DNA of 60,301 nucleotides, from positions 1 through 60,301 of the forward strand of contig CAVVFV010000002.1 of NCBI GenBank assembly GCA_963747695.1, in the 5' to 3' direction. This document shows positions 44,373 through 53,832 of this stretch, one piece after another. Position 1 is the first letter of the stretch; every line of letters begins with the position of its first letter. The notes under the pieces are model-generated. The model was not told where the DNA came from. It worked only from the letters and a program-made list of their open reading frames with translations, and searched no databases. Made by a program: the position numbers and the translations under genes. Source of the stretch: Candidatus Falkowbacteria bacterium (GTDB taxonomy: Bacteria > Patescibacteriota > Patescibacteriia > Patescibacteriales > WJLG01).

Positions 44373-44804
44373 GTGTCTCAAAAAATCAGCCGGACGTTGT
44401 CCTTGATCAAACCCGACGTTTCCTTCGATCCGGAAATCTGCGCCAAGATAATTATGCGCTATACGAGCCGGGGTTTGCTGATGCGTCAGATGAAATGCGT
44501 CGAAATGGGGGAGTTGCTTTTCGTCCAGCTCTATGGCGAATACAAGGGGAAACCGTTTTATGACAAGATGAGGGAATTCTATCTTTCCGGGCCGATGTTC
44601 GCTTTCGTCTGGGAAGGGGAAAACGCCGTTGCCTCGGTCCGGTATATAAATGGCCCGACTGATCCGAACGAGGGAAAGCCCGGCGAGATCCGCTATGATT
44701 TTGGCAATCATGATCACGAACCGGGTATGTTGTTTGAAAATGCCGTTCACGGTTCGAAGGATGACGTCGAAGCCGAGCGGGAGATCAAGATCTTTTTCGA
44801 CTGA
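44373..44804 (+). CDS. ndk: Nucleoside diphosphate kinase
   Basis: RTLSLIKPD, NAVHGSKD (active-site His) and a GTG start after GGGAGG. Confidence 0.88.
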   Translation: MSQKISRTLSLIKPDVSFDPEICAKIIMRYTSRGLLMRQMKCVEMGELLFVQLYGEYKGKPFYDKMREFYLSGPMFAFVWEGENAVASVRYINGPTDPNEGKPGEIRYDFGNHDHEPGMLFENAVHGSKDDVEAEREIKIFFD

Positions 44805-44974
44805 GCAAATTGAGCTACGAATAACACCCGCGCGGATTGTATGATCCGCGCTTTTTAATTGACAATTTTATATTTTTATGCTAATTTTAAAAAGTCGATG
44901 AAAGGCCGAAAAGGCCGTTTATCTTGTTCGTTTTGTTAATAATAATTTTAACAACGGCTAAAAAGGAGGACGGG

Positions 44975-46606
44975 ATGAAGGCAATCGGAATATTTTGGGT
45001 GGTCGGTTTATTGTTTGTCAGGGTTTTTGCCCTGACCGGACGGATTGTCGATGATTGCGGGAATGATTTGCCGCTCTGCGAAATTTGGGTCGACGGAATC
45101 AATAGCGGCGAAGTAACGGCGGCTGACGGATCATTTTCCGTTTCCAATCCGGTTGATGCTGTAAAAAATTCACGGCCATCCGGAATTATCGCCAAAACAT
45201 CAGTGCGGGAAATTTTTTCTCCGGACGGAAAGAAGATTGATGCCGCCCGGGAATTTTTTTTGTCGCGCGGGATTTATTTCGTCAAGACGGCGCCGGGCGT
45301 TTATTCGCGGATCGTGGTTGATAATCGGAAATCGATCGCGAATGTCACGCAAGCCGCCGGCTCGGTTCGCGGGCTCGGTAAAAAGGCAGCTCTCTGTCAT
45401 GATGTTGAATTCATCTGTCTGAGGCACGAAACTGTTTTGCTATCGCTCTCCAATCTCGACACGGCCGTTAACGCCGAATTGAGAGAAACGAAAACGGTTT
45501 TTATTTCGCCTTTGCAAAAAGATAAGATCAGCTATTTTGTGACCGGAACCGATTCGGCGCGGAGATGCTTCTTCTATCTTTTCAAGGACGGGATTCAAAC
45601 CTATTCAATTTTTGCCGGAGACACGATCAGGATCTTCGAATCCGGTTCGTATGTGGTCAAATTTGCCAAGATCGATACGACTGGCTCGCGAGTCTCCTAT
45701 GTTTTGCCGCACTCGTGCAATCAAGGCTGGGATACGATCGCGTTCAGCATCAAACAACCGCCCGTAACTGAAACGGCGAATTTCGCGATCAAGGATGATC
45801 CGCTCGGCTTCGGCAAGATTGTGGAGTATCAAAAGATCTTTTCGCCGAACGGGAATGATACTTCTTACTTGTCGGAGATCTTTGTGCGGCAATCGCGGAA
45901 AGTATCCGTAACTTTGCGCAAAGCATTCTTTGATCCTAAGGAATGCGACACTTTTGTGACGGTTAGCGGGACGATGCCTCATCCTGATTGCGAGTATTTC
46001 CATTTTGGTAATCCGAATGGCAAGAAAGTCTTGGCCGTTTATTCCTATGATTTTACGCCGAGCTATGTCCCCGGTGTTGATTCGGAGGCGTTTTTCGAAG
46101 ACGATCTGCTGGCAACGCCGCAATCGATCTTCGAATCACGGGACAGCGCCGGAACGCTGGATACTCTGCCGCAGCAGAAAATCGATCCGACAACCCAGGA
46201 TATTTATGTCTGTGTCGCTAAAACGACGGCGGCATTTATCCAAGGGATGTATAATTTGCCGATTTCAGGAAAAGTCGATTTGTTCTTTTTTTCCGGGCAC
46301 GGCGATTCGGATAAAGTCGTTTTCGGCTTAAGGAGCGGAGAATATCTGGTTCGCAGCCGGCTGTTGTCGCTTAGCGCGGATACGGTGGCGCAGCTGCAGA
46401 GCAAATTTTCGCCCAATTGCCTCGGTTATTTTTCCGCCTGCAATATCGCCGATAATTACACGGCGGGCAAATGCTGGGCGGACGTATTTTCCGATGTTTT
46501 TCAAATGAGTTTTTATGGCGCATCCACCGAAGTCAGCAGCTCTTATTACTGTTTCTTCGGACTCTATCACTTAATCACCCCGGCAATGTATCGTCCGGGT
46601 TCGTAA
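44975..46606 (+). CDS. Secreted protein: N-terminal carboxypeptidase-regulatory-like domain, C-terminal possible clan-CD (caspase-like) peptidase fold
   Basis: AGGAGG RBS before ATG 44975 and signal-like MKAIGIFWVVGLLFVRVFA. GRIVDDCGNDLPLCEIWVDGINSGEVTAADGSFSV resembles CarboxypepD_reg. LFFFSGHGDSD followed ~48 aa later by GYFSACNIAD resembles a His-Gly / Ala-Cys catalytic dyad. Confidence 0.6.
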   Translation: MKAIGIFWVVGLLFVRVFALTGRIVDDCGNDLPLCEIWVDGINSGEVTAADGSFSVSNPVDAVKNSRPSGIIAKTSVREIFSPDGKKIDAAREFFLSRGIYFVKTAPGVYSRIVVDNRKSIANVTQAAGSVRGLGKKAALCHDVEFICLRHETVLLSLSNLDTAVNAELRETKTVFISPLQKDKISYFVTGTDSARRCFFYLFKDGIQTYSIFAGDTIRIFESGSYVVKFAKIDTTGSRVSYVLPHSCNQGWDTIAFSIKQPPVTETANFAIKDDPLGFGKIVEYQKIFSPNGNDTSYLSEIFVRQSRKVSVTLRKAFFDPKECDTFVTVSGTMPHPDCEYFHFGNPNGKKVLAVYSYDFTPSYVPGVDSEAFFEDDLLATPQSIFESRDSAGTLDTLPQQKIDPTTQDIYVCVAKTTAAFIQGMYNLPISGKVDLFFFSGHGDSDKVVFGLRSGEYLVRSRLLSLSADTVAQLQSKFSPNCLGYFSACNIADNYTAGKCWADVFSDVFQMSFYGASTEVSSSYYCFFGLYHLITPAMYRPGS

Positions 46607-46615
46607 CAGAACTTT

Positions 46616-46652
46616 ACCGTGATTTTGCTTTCAAGCAAGATCACGGTTTTTT
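46616..46652 (+). terminator. Intrinsic terminator after 44975..46606
   Basis: ACCGTGATTTTGC/GCAAGATCACGGT (1 mismatch) followed by TTTTTT. Confidence 0.85.
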
Positions 46653-46860
46653 ATTCCTTAAATCGTCCCATCGCCGCGATAAAAAAATTACTAAAAACTT
46701 TACACCGAAGTTCGTTGTGTTGTCAGTAATAAAATTATTAACGATATAAATTTATCCGCTGCCGAGGCCATAAAAGTTGTTTCACCCTTTACAAACTTGC
46801 CGGTTAAGGCTATATTAAAACAAATAATAATCGAAAATAACCTTAAAAAAGGGGGGAATC

Positions 46861-47358
46861 TTGCACATTTTTATCCTTATCCGCCACGCGCAAATAATCA
46901 TTAATGATGTAGAAAGAGAGGATCTTGATACTTTGGACGAAGAAAACTCCCTTGAAATTAGAAAGAATTTTAAAGACTTTCAGCAGGGGTTTGTCTTGCC
47001 CGTTGAAAAGGTTGAAGTTTGGACCTCATCTACGGCGAGAACGAAGCTGACCGGAAATATCATTGGCGAAGTTTTCGGAGTCAAGGCGAATTATTCAGAG
47101 TTTCTTGATACGAAACGCCGCCCCGATATTAATCGTTCAACTGCCGAGCTGATCGACTTCGTATGTAAAAGAGGAAAAGAGGTGGGGGTTTTGCTTGCGG
47201 TTGCACATTTGCCGGAAATTCTAAATTTCATCGGCAATCTTCCTTTCGGAGTTAAATTTTCAGACTCAAAATTTCTAAAGGGCTCTGATTACTGGAAGGG
47301 TGAAGGGGTCATCGTCGATTTTGACGCCAAAACCGCGAATCCTTTTCCGCGGCGATGA
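46861..47358 (+). CDS. Histidine phosphatase superfamily protein (SixA-like)
   Basis: TTG start after GGGGGG. ILIRHAQ (RHx), TSSTARTKLT and LLAVAHLPE motifs, 165 aa. Confidence 0.55.
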   Translation: MHIFILIRHAQIIINDVEREDLDTLDEENSLEIRKNFKDFQQGFVLPVEKVEVWTSSTARTKLTGNIIGEVFGVKANYSEFLDTKRRPDINRSTAELIDFVCKRGKEVGVLLAVAHLPEILNFIGNLPFGVKFSDSKFLKGSDYWKGEGVIVDFDAKTANPFPRR

Positions 47359-47469
47359 ATAATTATTGAAAAGAATCAAATGAAACACCCGCCCCGATAT
47401 TCAGGGCGGGTTTTTTGCAAGCGAATCGAGTCTTGCTTTTCCCGGTGAATCAAGGTAAATTATATTATT

Positions 47470-48585
47470 ATGATCATATTTTTATATGGCGAGGACGATT
47501 TCCGCGCCAAGAAGAAAATCAGCGAATTGAAGGATAAATTTCTGCGGGAAGTGGACAAATCCGGCGGCAGCATCGAATCTATCGACGGCAAGACGGCGGA
47601 TTTGCGCGAGATCAACGAGAAGGCGGCGACGGCTTCGCTTTTGGCGTCCAAGCGGATGATCATCATCGAAGATATTTTTTCCAACCGCAACAAAGAATTA
47701 CTGCCCGAGGTCGCGGAATATTTTCAGGCCAAAGAAAAGAATAAATGGGAAAATATTGTTATCTTCTGTGATAACTCGATCAAGGCCAAAAGGAAGATGG
47801 GCGGCGAAGAGATCGTTAAAGCCGATGCCGAGGGTCGCGATAAACCGCTGGGAAAAAAAGAAAAAGAATTATTTGTTTTTTTGGCTAAGCAAAAATTTGT
47901 TCAGGAGTTTAAAAAATTAAATAACACTGATCTGGGCGCTTGGATAAAAAAGGAAGTCGAAGCTCGCGGCGGCGCGATTTCCAGCCGCGCCATCCAGACC
48001 TTGATCGGCCTAATCGGTTATGATCTTTGGCAGATCGACCGCGAGATCGATAAATTGATCAATTATAAAAGCGGCGAGAAATCCCCCCTCCTTTTCAAGG
48101 AGGGGCAGGGGGTGGTTAATAATGAATTCCCCTCCCCGGGAGGGGTGCCGAGCCCGGCGAGGCGGGGTGGGTTTCCAATTGAAGTTGACGACGTGGATAA
48201 ATTAGTCAAAGGTAATTTCGACGATAATATTTTCGCCCTGACCGACGCGATCGGCGCGCGCAACAAAGCCGCGGCCGCGCAGCTTTTGGAAGAGCAATTC
48301 GAATTGGGCGCCAACGAAATTTATTTGTTAACGATGATCACCCGGCAGATAAAAATAATCCTGCAAGTTCGGCAAGCGCTGGATCTTGGCCAGTCATCGC
48401 GGCAAATAATTTCCGAATTAAAATTAAATCCATATGTGGTGCAGAAGGCGATCGAGCAAGCTCGGCACTTCAGCCTCAACGCTTTAAAAATAATTTTTGA
48501 CAAGTTAATCGAGATTGACTTCAAAATAAAAACCGGCCAGGGCGAAGCGGCGGCATTGATCGAGCTTTTGATCGCTAAATTTTAG
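47470..48585 (+). CDS. holA: DNA polymerase III delta subunit with an in-frame palindromic-element insertion
   Basis: MIIFLYGEDDF..., NIFALTDAIG, ...YLLTMITRQIK and LNPYVVQKA are typical of HolA. About 32 aa (SPLLFKEGQGVVNNEFPSPGGVPSPARRGGFP) are encoded by GC-rich palindromes at 48085-48145. Confidence 0.8.
   Translation: MIIFLYGEDDFRAKKKISELKDKFLREVDKSGGSIESIDGKTADLREINEKAATASLLASKRMIIIEDIFSNRNKELLPEVAEYFQAKEKNKWENIVIFCDNSIKAKRKMGGEEIVKADAEGRDKPLGKKEKELFVFLAKQKFVQEFKKLNNTDLGAWIKKEVEARGGAISSRAIQTLIGLIGYDLWQIDREIDKLINYKSGEKSPLLFKEGQGVVNNEFPSPGGVPSPARRGGFPIEVDDVDKLVKGNFDDNIFALTDAIGARNKAAAAQLLEEQFELGANEIYLLTMITRQIKIILQVRQALDLGQSSRQIISELKLNPYVVQKAIEQARHFSLNALKIIFDKLIEIDFKIKTGQGEAAALIELLIAKF
48085..48145. 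repeat. GC-rich palindromes inside holA (CCCCTCCTT-TTC-AAGGAGGGG and CCCCTCC-CCG-GGAGGGG)
   Basis: The palindromes lie at 48085-48105 and 48129-48145. They are translated in frame as PLLFKEG...PSPGG. Confidence 0.9.
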
Positions 48586-48587
48586 TA

Positions 48588-48616
48588 TTGACAGATTTAA
48601 TTTTTTATGCTAGATT
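48588..48616 (+). promoter_or_regulatory. Sigma70-like promoter of the lipoprotein gene
   Basis: TTGACA (48588-48593), 17 nt, TAGATT (48611-48616). The GTATTGACAGATTT block is shared with 40391-40404. Confidence 0.55.
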
Positions 48617-48673
48617 ATCAAGTCGATTATTGCTAGATCTTTTGATAATATAACCTTTAAAAAGGGAGTCTGT

Positions 48674-49573
48674 ATGAAGTTGTTTCTGACATTCGCTGTG
48701 GCAGCTGTTTTTTTGGCGGTTGGATGCAGTCGTCCGACCGGTGTAACCCAAATTATGATGAGCATTCAGCCTGCAACCCATTTGGGAAAATCTTCCCAAG
48801 ATACGATCTCAAAAATACGATTCAGCCTTTCCGCGCCCGGCGAAAAGGGCATTGTGGATTCAATGCGCATTAACCCCGTTGAAAGCGCAAAGATGATCGC
48901 GGGATTGCTGAAACAAGGAGTGCCGGAGTATAGGCTGAAAGCCAATAAAAAATGGAATTTTTCAGCGGAATGCGTTTCTCCTTCGGGAAACTTACTGTAT
49001 GGCGGTCAGACTGAGCTGTCAGTTACGCCATGCAAAGATCCGATGGCGGAAGAAGACCATCTCTCTTCCGCGGACGTAATTTTGCAGCCGCCGCTGATAA
49101 TTCATGTTGGCTCACTAAGTGACATAAAACTCGAACATTCAGATTCGGTTTCGACTAGGAAAGTCAAAGGGCAGTCGGCCGATTCAACCGCAACCGGTTC
49201 AGTTGAGATTAACATTGTTGTGCCGACGCTGGATTTTTTGGGTAAGAATATTCCGGTTAAGCTCAAGGAGATTCACTTGTCGCTTAGCGCCAAAGGCGAA
49301 AAAACCAGGTCGGACACGATTCCTCTCGAAAGTGATGGTCGGAGTGCGATAATGATACCCAAAGAGTATCTGAATCTGGCGGCTTCAACTTGGGATCTGT
49401 ATCTCGAGTACGTGGATCGGCACAATTTTCCTTTCTACATCGCTACCGACAAGGTTGAAGTCGATTCCCACAAAGAAACTACTATTAATGCTGTTGTGGG
49501 GCTTAATCCTTCCATTGCGATAAAATATAAATGGAAAGGTCCGATCACGGCAGAACGCAAGCAAATAAATTGA
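48674..49573 (+). CDS. Lipoprotein (hypothetical, 299 aa)
   Basis: Promoter at 48588-48616. MKLFLTFAVAAVFLAVGC carries a lipobox (AVGC). Confidence 0.7.
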   Translation: MKLFLTFAVAAVFLAVGCSRPTGVTQIMMSIQPATHLGKSSQDTISKIRFSLSAPGEKGIVDSMRINPVESAKMIAGLLKQGVPEYRLKANKKWNFSAECVSPSGNLLYGGQTELSVTPCKDPMAEEDHLSSADVILQPPLIIHVGSLSDIKLEHSDSVSTRKVKGQSADSTATGSVEINIVVPTLDFLGKNIPVKLKEIHLSLSAKGEKTRSDTIPLESDGRSAIMIPKEYLNLAASTWDLYLEYVDRHNFPFYIATDKVEVDSHKETTINAVVGLNPSIAIKYKWKGPITAERKQIN

Positions 49574-49589
49574 AGACCATAAATCTTCG

Positions 49590-49621
49590 GCTCGAATGGT
49601 GCAAATCATTCGAGCTTTTTT
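49590..49621 (+). terminator. Intrinsic terminator after the lipoprotein gene
   Basis: GCTCGAATG-gtgcaaat-CATTCGAGC followed by TTTTTT. Confidence 0.9.
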
Positions 49622-49623
49622 AT

Positions 49624-49653
49624 CAAAAAAAACGCCCCGCGAGTGCGAGGCGT
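49624..49653 (-). terminator. Intrinsic terminator after glyQS
   Basis: ACGCC.CGC-gagt-GCG.GGCGT stem, preceded on the plus strand by an A8 run (a U-run for the minus-strand transcript). Confidence 0.8.
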
Positions 49654-49658
49654 TTATT

Positions 49659-51047
49659 TTATTTCAATTTTTTTTCAAAGTATTTTTTCAGTTCGGCGGT
49701 TTTTATCCTTTCCTGCTGCATCGTGTCGCGGTCGCGGACCGTGACCGTATCGTCTTTTTCGATCGTGTCGAAATCCACGGTGACGCAGAACGGCGTGCCG
49801 ATCTCATCCTGGCGGCGGTAGCGTTTGCCGACGTTCCCGTTATCGTCAAATTCACAGGTAAAATCTTTTTTCAGTTCATTAAAAATCGATTTAGCTTTTT
49901 CCACCAGCGCCGGTTTGTTTTTCAAAAGCGGGAAGATGGCGATTTTCACGGGCGCGATCTTGACCGGGAATTTCATGACGACGCGGGTTTCAACTTCGGT
50001 GGCGCCTTCGGCTTTGGGCAATTCTTCTTCCGTATAGGCGGCGGCCAGTGCGGCTAATAGAGCGCGGTCAACGCCGGCGCTCGGTTCCAAGACGTGCGGC
50101 ACGAATTTGCGGCCGGTGGTGGAATCCGTCCACGATAAATTCTGGCCGGACAATCTGGCGTGCGCCGATAAATCAAAATCCGTGCGGTTGGCCAGCCCGG
50201 AAAGTTCGCTCCAGCCGAACGGGAAATTATATTCCAAGTCCACGGTCTTTTTAGAGTAATGGGAAAGTTTTTCTTTGGGGTGTTCAAAGCGGCGCAGATT
50301 TTCTTGCTTGACGCCCAGGGCGTAATAGAATTCTTCTTGAAGCTTCAACCATTGGTCGAATAATTCTTCCCATTTGGCTTCCGGATCGAAAAAATACTCG
50401 ATTTCCATCTGCTCGAATTCGCGGGTGCGGAAAATAAAATTGCGGGCGACGATCTCGTTGCGGAAAGCTTTGCCGATCTGGGCGATACCGAACGGAATCT
50501 TGACGCGGGTGGAATCGCAGACATTCTTGAAATCGACAAAGATCGCGCCGGCGGTTTCGGGCCGCAGATAGATCGGGCCGTCAAAGCCGTTCATTTCCGT
50601 TTTGAACATCATATTCAAGAGGCGCACTTCGGTCCAGCTGGATTTGCCGCAGGCCGGGCATTTTTGGCCGGCGAGCGCTTCGGTCATTGCCGATAAATTT
50701 CCTTCCAAATCTTTGCCGGTTAATTCTTGGACCAAATGGTCGGCGCGGAAACGCTTCTGGCATTCTTTGCAATCGACCATCGCATCATTGAAGCCGGAAG
50801 TATGGCCGGAAGCTTCCCAAAGTTTCGGATGCAACAAGATCGGCCCGTCGATACCGACGATATCTTCCCGTTCTTCGACGAATTTTTTCCACCACAGATC
50901 CTTGATATTCTTTTTCAACTGCGCGCCATACGGCCCATAAGCGTAAGCCGCGGAAAACCCACCGTAGATTTCGCAAGCCGGCCAGACAAACCCGCGCCGT
51001 TTGCACAGCGATACAATTTTTTCCATCAAATCATTTTGTTCCGCCAT
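49659..51047 (-). CDS. glyQS: Glycine--tRNA ligase (homodimeric class II type)
   Basis: IVSLCKRRGFVWPACEIYGG, RPETAGAIF and a C-terminal anticodon-binding domain, 462 aa. Confidence 0.93.
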   Translation of the reverse strand: MAEQNDLMEKIVSLCKRRGFVWPACEIYGGFSAAYAYGPYGAQLKKNIKDLWWKKFVEEREDIVGIDGPILLHPKLWEASGHTSGFNDAMVDCKECQKRFRADHLVQELTGKDLEGNLSAMTEALAGQKCPACGKSSWTEVRLLNMMFKTEMNGFDGPIYLRPETAGAIFVDFKNVCDSTRVKIPFGIAQIGKAFRNEIVARNFIFRTREFEQMEIEYFFDPEAKWEELFDQWLKLQEEFYYALGVKQENLRRFEHPKEKLSHYSKKTVDLEYNFPFGWSELSGLANRTDFDLSAHARLSGQNLSWTDSTTGRKFVPHVLEPSAGVDRALLAALAAAYTEEELPKAEGATEVETRVVMKFPVKIAPVKIAIFPLLKNKPALVEKAKSIFNELKKDFTCEFDDNGNVGKRYRRQDEIGTPFCVTVDFDTIEKDDTVTVRDRDTMQQERIKTAELKKYFEKKLK

Positions 51048-51053
51048 ATTGGT

Positions 51054-51152
51054 TAATTTTTAAATTTTATAATTTTTAAAGAATTTTTAATGATTAAATT
51101 TTAAAAATTAAATTTTATTTAAAAATTACAAAATTATAAAAATTAAAAATTA
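51054..51152. repeat. AT-only low-complexity imperfect inverted repeat between argS and glyQS
   Basis: taatttttaaattttataatttttaaag pairs with aaaaattacaaaattataaaaattaaaaatta (~24/27 complementary). It probably serves as the argS terminator and the glyQS promoter region. Confidence 0.6.
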
Positions 51153-51155
51153 CGA

Positions 51156-52892
51156 TTACATTTCCTCCACCGTTTCTATCCCCAATAATGCCAAGCCGTT
51201 ATGAATGACCTGTGCTACGGAACTTAAAAGCGCCAGTCGGGCTATTTTGATTTCTTCCTCGGCCGCTTGTAGAACCGGGACGGCATGATAATAATCGTTC
51301 AACATTTGGGCTACCTCATAAATATATTTGGCGATCACCGATGGATCATATTCATTCCCCGCCGCTTCGACGATTTCCGGATAAACCGCCAATTTTTTAA
51401 TCAAAGTAATTTCCTTCTCTTCAATCAATTTTTCAAAATTAATCTTTTTATCTCTTCTCTCTTCTCTCTTAACTTTCCGTAAGATGCTTTGTATTCTCGC
51501 ATAAGCGTACTGGATGTAAGCCGAAGTATAGCCTTCCAGCGACAGAGCCTTTTCGATATCAAAAGTGATAATGCTCTTGGCGCCGACTTTGAGCATTTCA
51601 AATTTGGCCGCGCCCAGGCCGACCTTAAAAGAATTATTTTTGATTTTTTCTTCCGGCCAGTCGTCGTGGCGTTTTTTAGTTTCCGCTTCGCATTTGGCCA
51701 GCAGTTCTTCTTTTAATTCTTTATAAGTGATGACATTGCCGGTGCGCGAAGCCATCATTCCGGAAGGAAGTTTCACGAAATCAAATGGCAGATGGATTAA
51801 TTTTTCTTTGAAGCCGGAAGCCGCTAAAATTTTGAATAATTGCCGGAAATAAAGCTCCTGGCGGATGTCGACCACATAGATCGATTGTTCCGGATGGTAG
51901 CGCCGGTGTTTTTCTTCAGCCAAAGCCAGATCGGCCACCGCGTAAGTTGCCGTGTTATTGGAACGCATCACCACCAAAACTCCCAAACCGCAATTTTCCA
52001 AGTCGGCGATGATCGCGCCCTCGGATTCGCGCAAGATTCCTTGTTTCAATAATTCTTGAACTTTGGCTTTGCCGCGTTCGACAAAATCGCTTTCATATAA
52101 TATATCGTCGAATTTGACGCCGAGATCGCGGTAGATCGCATCGAATTGAGCGATGCTCCAGAGCCGGGTTTTCTGCCAGAGCTTGAATTCTTCGCCGGTC
52201 CGCGCTTCGATCTTCTGTTTCCAGCCGCCGATCATCTGCGCGGCCACCGGATCGTCTTTTTCTTTGCCCGAAGCATCGACATACATTTTTCCCAGCAGGA
52301 ATCCGCGCTCCTCGATGGGCAGATCTTCCATTTTTTTGCCGTTCAATTTTTCTTTGCTGAACGCCTCATAATCCCAAAGCGCTTTGGCGACGTGGATCCC
52401 GAAATCGTTGACGTAAGAAATCGGGATTGCGTCGAAGCCGTTGGCTTGCAAAATTTTGGTGACCGCGTCGCCATAACAGATATTGCGCAGATGGCCGATA
52501 TGATATTCCTTATGAGTATTGACGTTGGAAAATTCCAAGACGATCTTTTCTTTAGCTCCCGTTTTGTTTCGGCCGAATCCCGCCTCTTCATTATCGATAT
52601 CGAGAATAATATTTTGGGCGAGATTCTTCTTGCCGAGAAAAAAATTCAAATACGGCCCCGCGGCTTTGGCGCCGATGATCGTTTCGTTGAATTTGATGCC
52701 GTTCAAAATCGCGTCGCTCACCTCGTTTGGCGTTCGGCCGGTTTTTTTGGCCAAAGCAAAAAGGGCGATGCCCAGATCGCCGAATGATGGATTGGGCGGA
52801 ATGATCAGATCGTCCGCAACAGCCAACTTTTCTCCCAGAACACTATTAATATTGGTAACTATTTCCTCTTTGATTTTTTCCCAAGCGTACAT
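51156..52892 (-). CDS. argS: Arginine--tRNA ligase
   Basis: EFSNVNTHKEYHIGHLRN (HIGH), MASRTGN (KMSK-like) and a C-terminal DALR anticodon-binding helix bundle ending ...ETVEEM. Confidence 0.93.
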   Translation of the reverse strand: MYAWEKIKEEIVTNINSVLGEKLAVADDLIIPPNPSFGDLGIALFALAKKTGRTPNEVSDAILNGIKFNETIIGAKAAGPYLNFFLGKKNLAQNIILDIDNEEAGFGRNKTGAKEKIVLEFSNVNTHKEYHIGHLRNICYGDAVTKILQANGFDAIPISYVNDFGIHVAKALWDYEAFSKEKLNGKKMEDLPIEERGFLLGKMYVDASGKEKDDPVAAQMIGGWKQKIEARTGEEFKLWQKTRLWSIAQFDAIYRDLGVKFDDILYESDFVERGKAKVQELLKQGILRESEGAIIADLENCGLGVLVVMRSNNTATYAVADLALAEEKHRRYHPEQSIYVVDIRQELYFRQLFKILAASGFKEKLIHLPFDFVKLPSGMMASRTGNVITYKELKEELLAKCEAETKKRHDDWPEEKIKNNSFKVGLGAAKFEMLKVGAKSIITFDIEKALSLEGYTSAYIQYAYARIQSILRKVKREERRDKKINFEKLIEEKEITLIKKLAVYPEIVEAAGNEYDPSVIAKYIYEVAQMLNDYYHAVPVLQAAEEEIKIARLALLSSVAQVIHNGLALLGIETVEEM

Positions 52893-53068
52893 AGCCGTTT
52901 TTACAGTTTCTTGAATTATAGCTTAATTTTACGGGAATTATGGGGTTTTGGCAAGGATATTTATAATGATAAAAGATAGATGATAAATGATAAATTGGTG
53001 TCCATACATCCTTATTGCTATAATTTAGGCATACATCTATCATTTATCATTAATCATTTATCATTGAT

Positions 53069-53710
53069 ATGAACGATACTCTTATCACTTTCGTCCGGCA
53101 CGGGAAAAACAAGATAGGCACCGATACCACGCCGTGGCACGCCGGGCCGGGTTTGAATCCGGAAGGGCGGAAACAATCGGACAAGACCGGCCGCTATCTC
53201 CGCCATTTTGCTTTTGATTTGGTTTTATCATCCGATATGAGCCGGGCCGCCGAAACCGCCAAGATCATCTGCTGCTACCAGAAAAAGATCACGCCGGAAA
53301 AAATAATTTTTGTCCGCCAATTGGCCGAACACGACGAAATTGTCTATGGCTATACCCATAAAACCAAGATCACGCCGGACGGTGAATGGGATAAGGCCCG
53401 GACCACGGTCAAGTTTTTCCAGGACGTTTTGAAAAAATACCGCGGCAAGAAAATCCTGATCATCACGCACGGCAACGTTATCCGCGCTTGCTTGGGCGCG
53501 GCGCTCGGTTACCCGCTGCACTATTCGCCGGAAATAAATTCTTTCACCTGTTCGCTTACCACCATCGCTTTGCGCGGCGCCAAGCTGCGGGCGATCTTCC
53601 ATATCAATCATACCGATCAGCTTGGCGAACTGCCGTTCCTCAAGCGCCTGGAATCGGTGCAATTCATTTCCGATTATTCCAAATTGGTCGAAGACGCGGC
53701 GGTTTTTTAA
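53069..53710 (+). CDS. Histidine phosphatase family protein (phosphoglycerate-mutase-like)
   Basis: ITFVRHGKN (RHG), SSDMSRAAETA and IITHGNVIR motifs. Confidence 0.8.
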   Translation: MNDTLITFVRHGKNKIGTDTTPWHAGPGLNPEGRKQSDKTGRYLRHFAFDLVLSSDMSRAAETAKIICCYQKKITPEKIIFVRQLAEHDEIVYGYTHKTKITPDGEWDKARTTVKFFQDVLKKYRGKKILIITHGNVIRACLGAALGYPLHYSPEINSFTCSLTTIALRGAKLRAIFHINHTDQLGELPFLKRLESVQFISDYSKLVEDAAVF

Positions 53711-53832
53711 TCAATGGTTGACTTTCGGTCAGTTAAGTCTTAAGCTGATTTGTCACCCCCCGATCAATCAATAACTATGCATAAGTCGTAGCTTAGATTG
53801 ATTAACAAACCGTCAACCTTAAGGAGGCCAGT

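Noticed and set aside
51437-51480. CT-rich stretch inside argS resembling the 22-nt repeat (ttatctcttctctcttctctcttaac)
   Set aside because: It lies within the coding sequence, where it encodes KVKREERRDKK in a variable linker. The similarity is low-complexity and partial, so it is probably coincidental.
52966-53050. Invertible promoter switch (inverted ATGATAAA-type repeats flanking a TTGGTG-18-TATAAT promoter); a similar idea applies to 19320-19456
   Set aside because: The segments between the repeats are only ~55-100 bp. The repeats are low-complexity AT-rich or CT-rich sequence with several registers. No recombinase gene is nearby. They are more likely hairpin/terminator-promoter overlaps.
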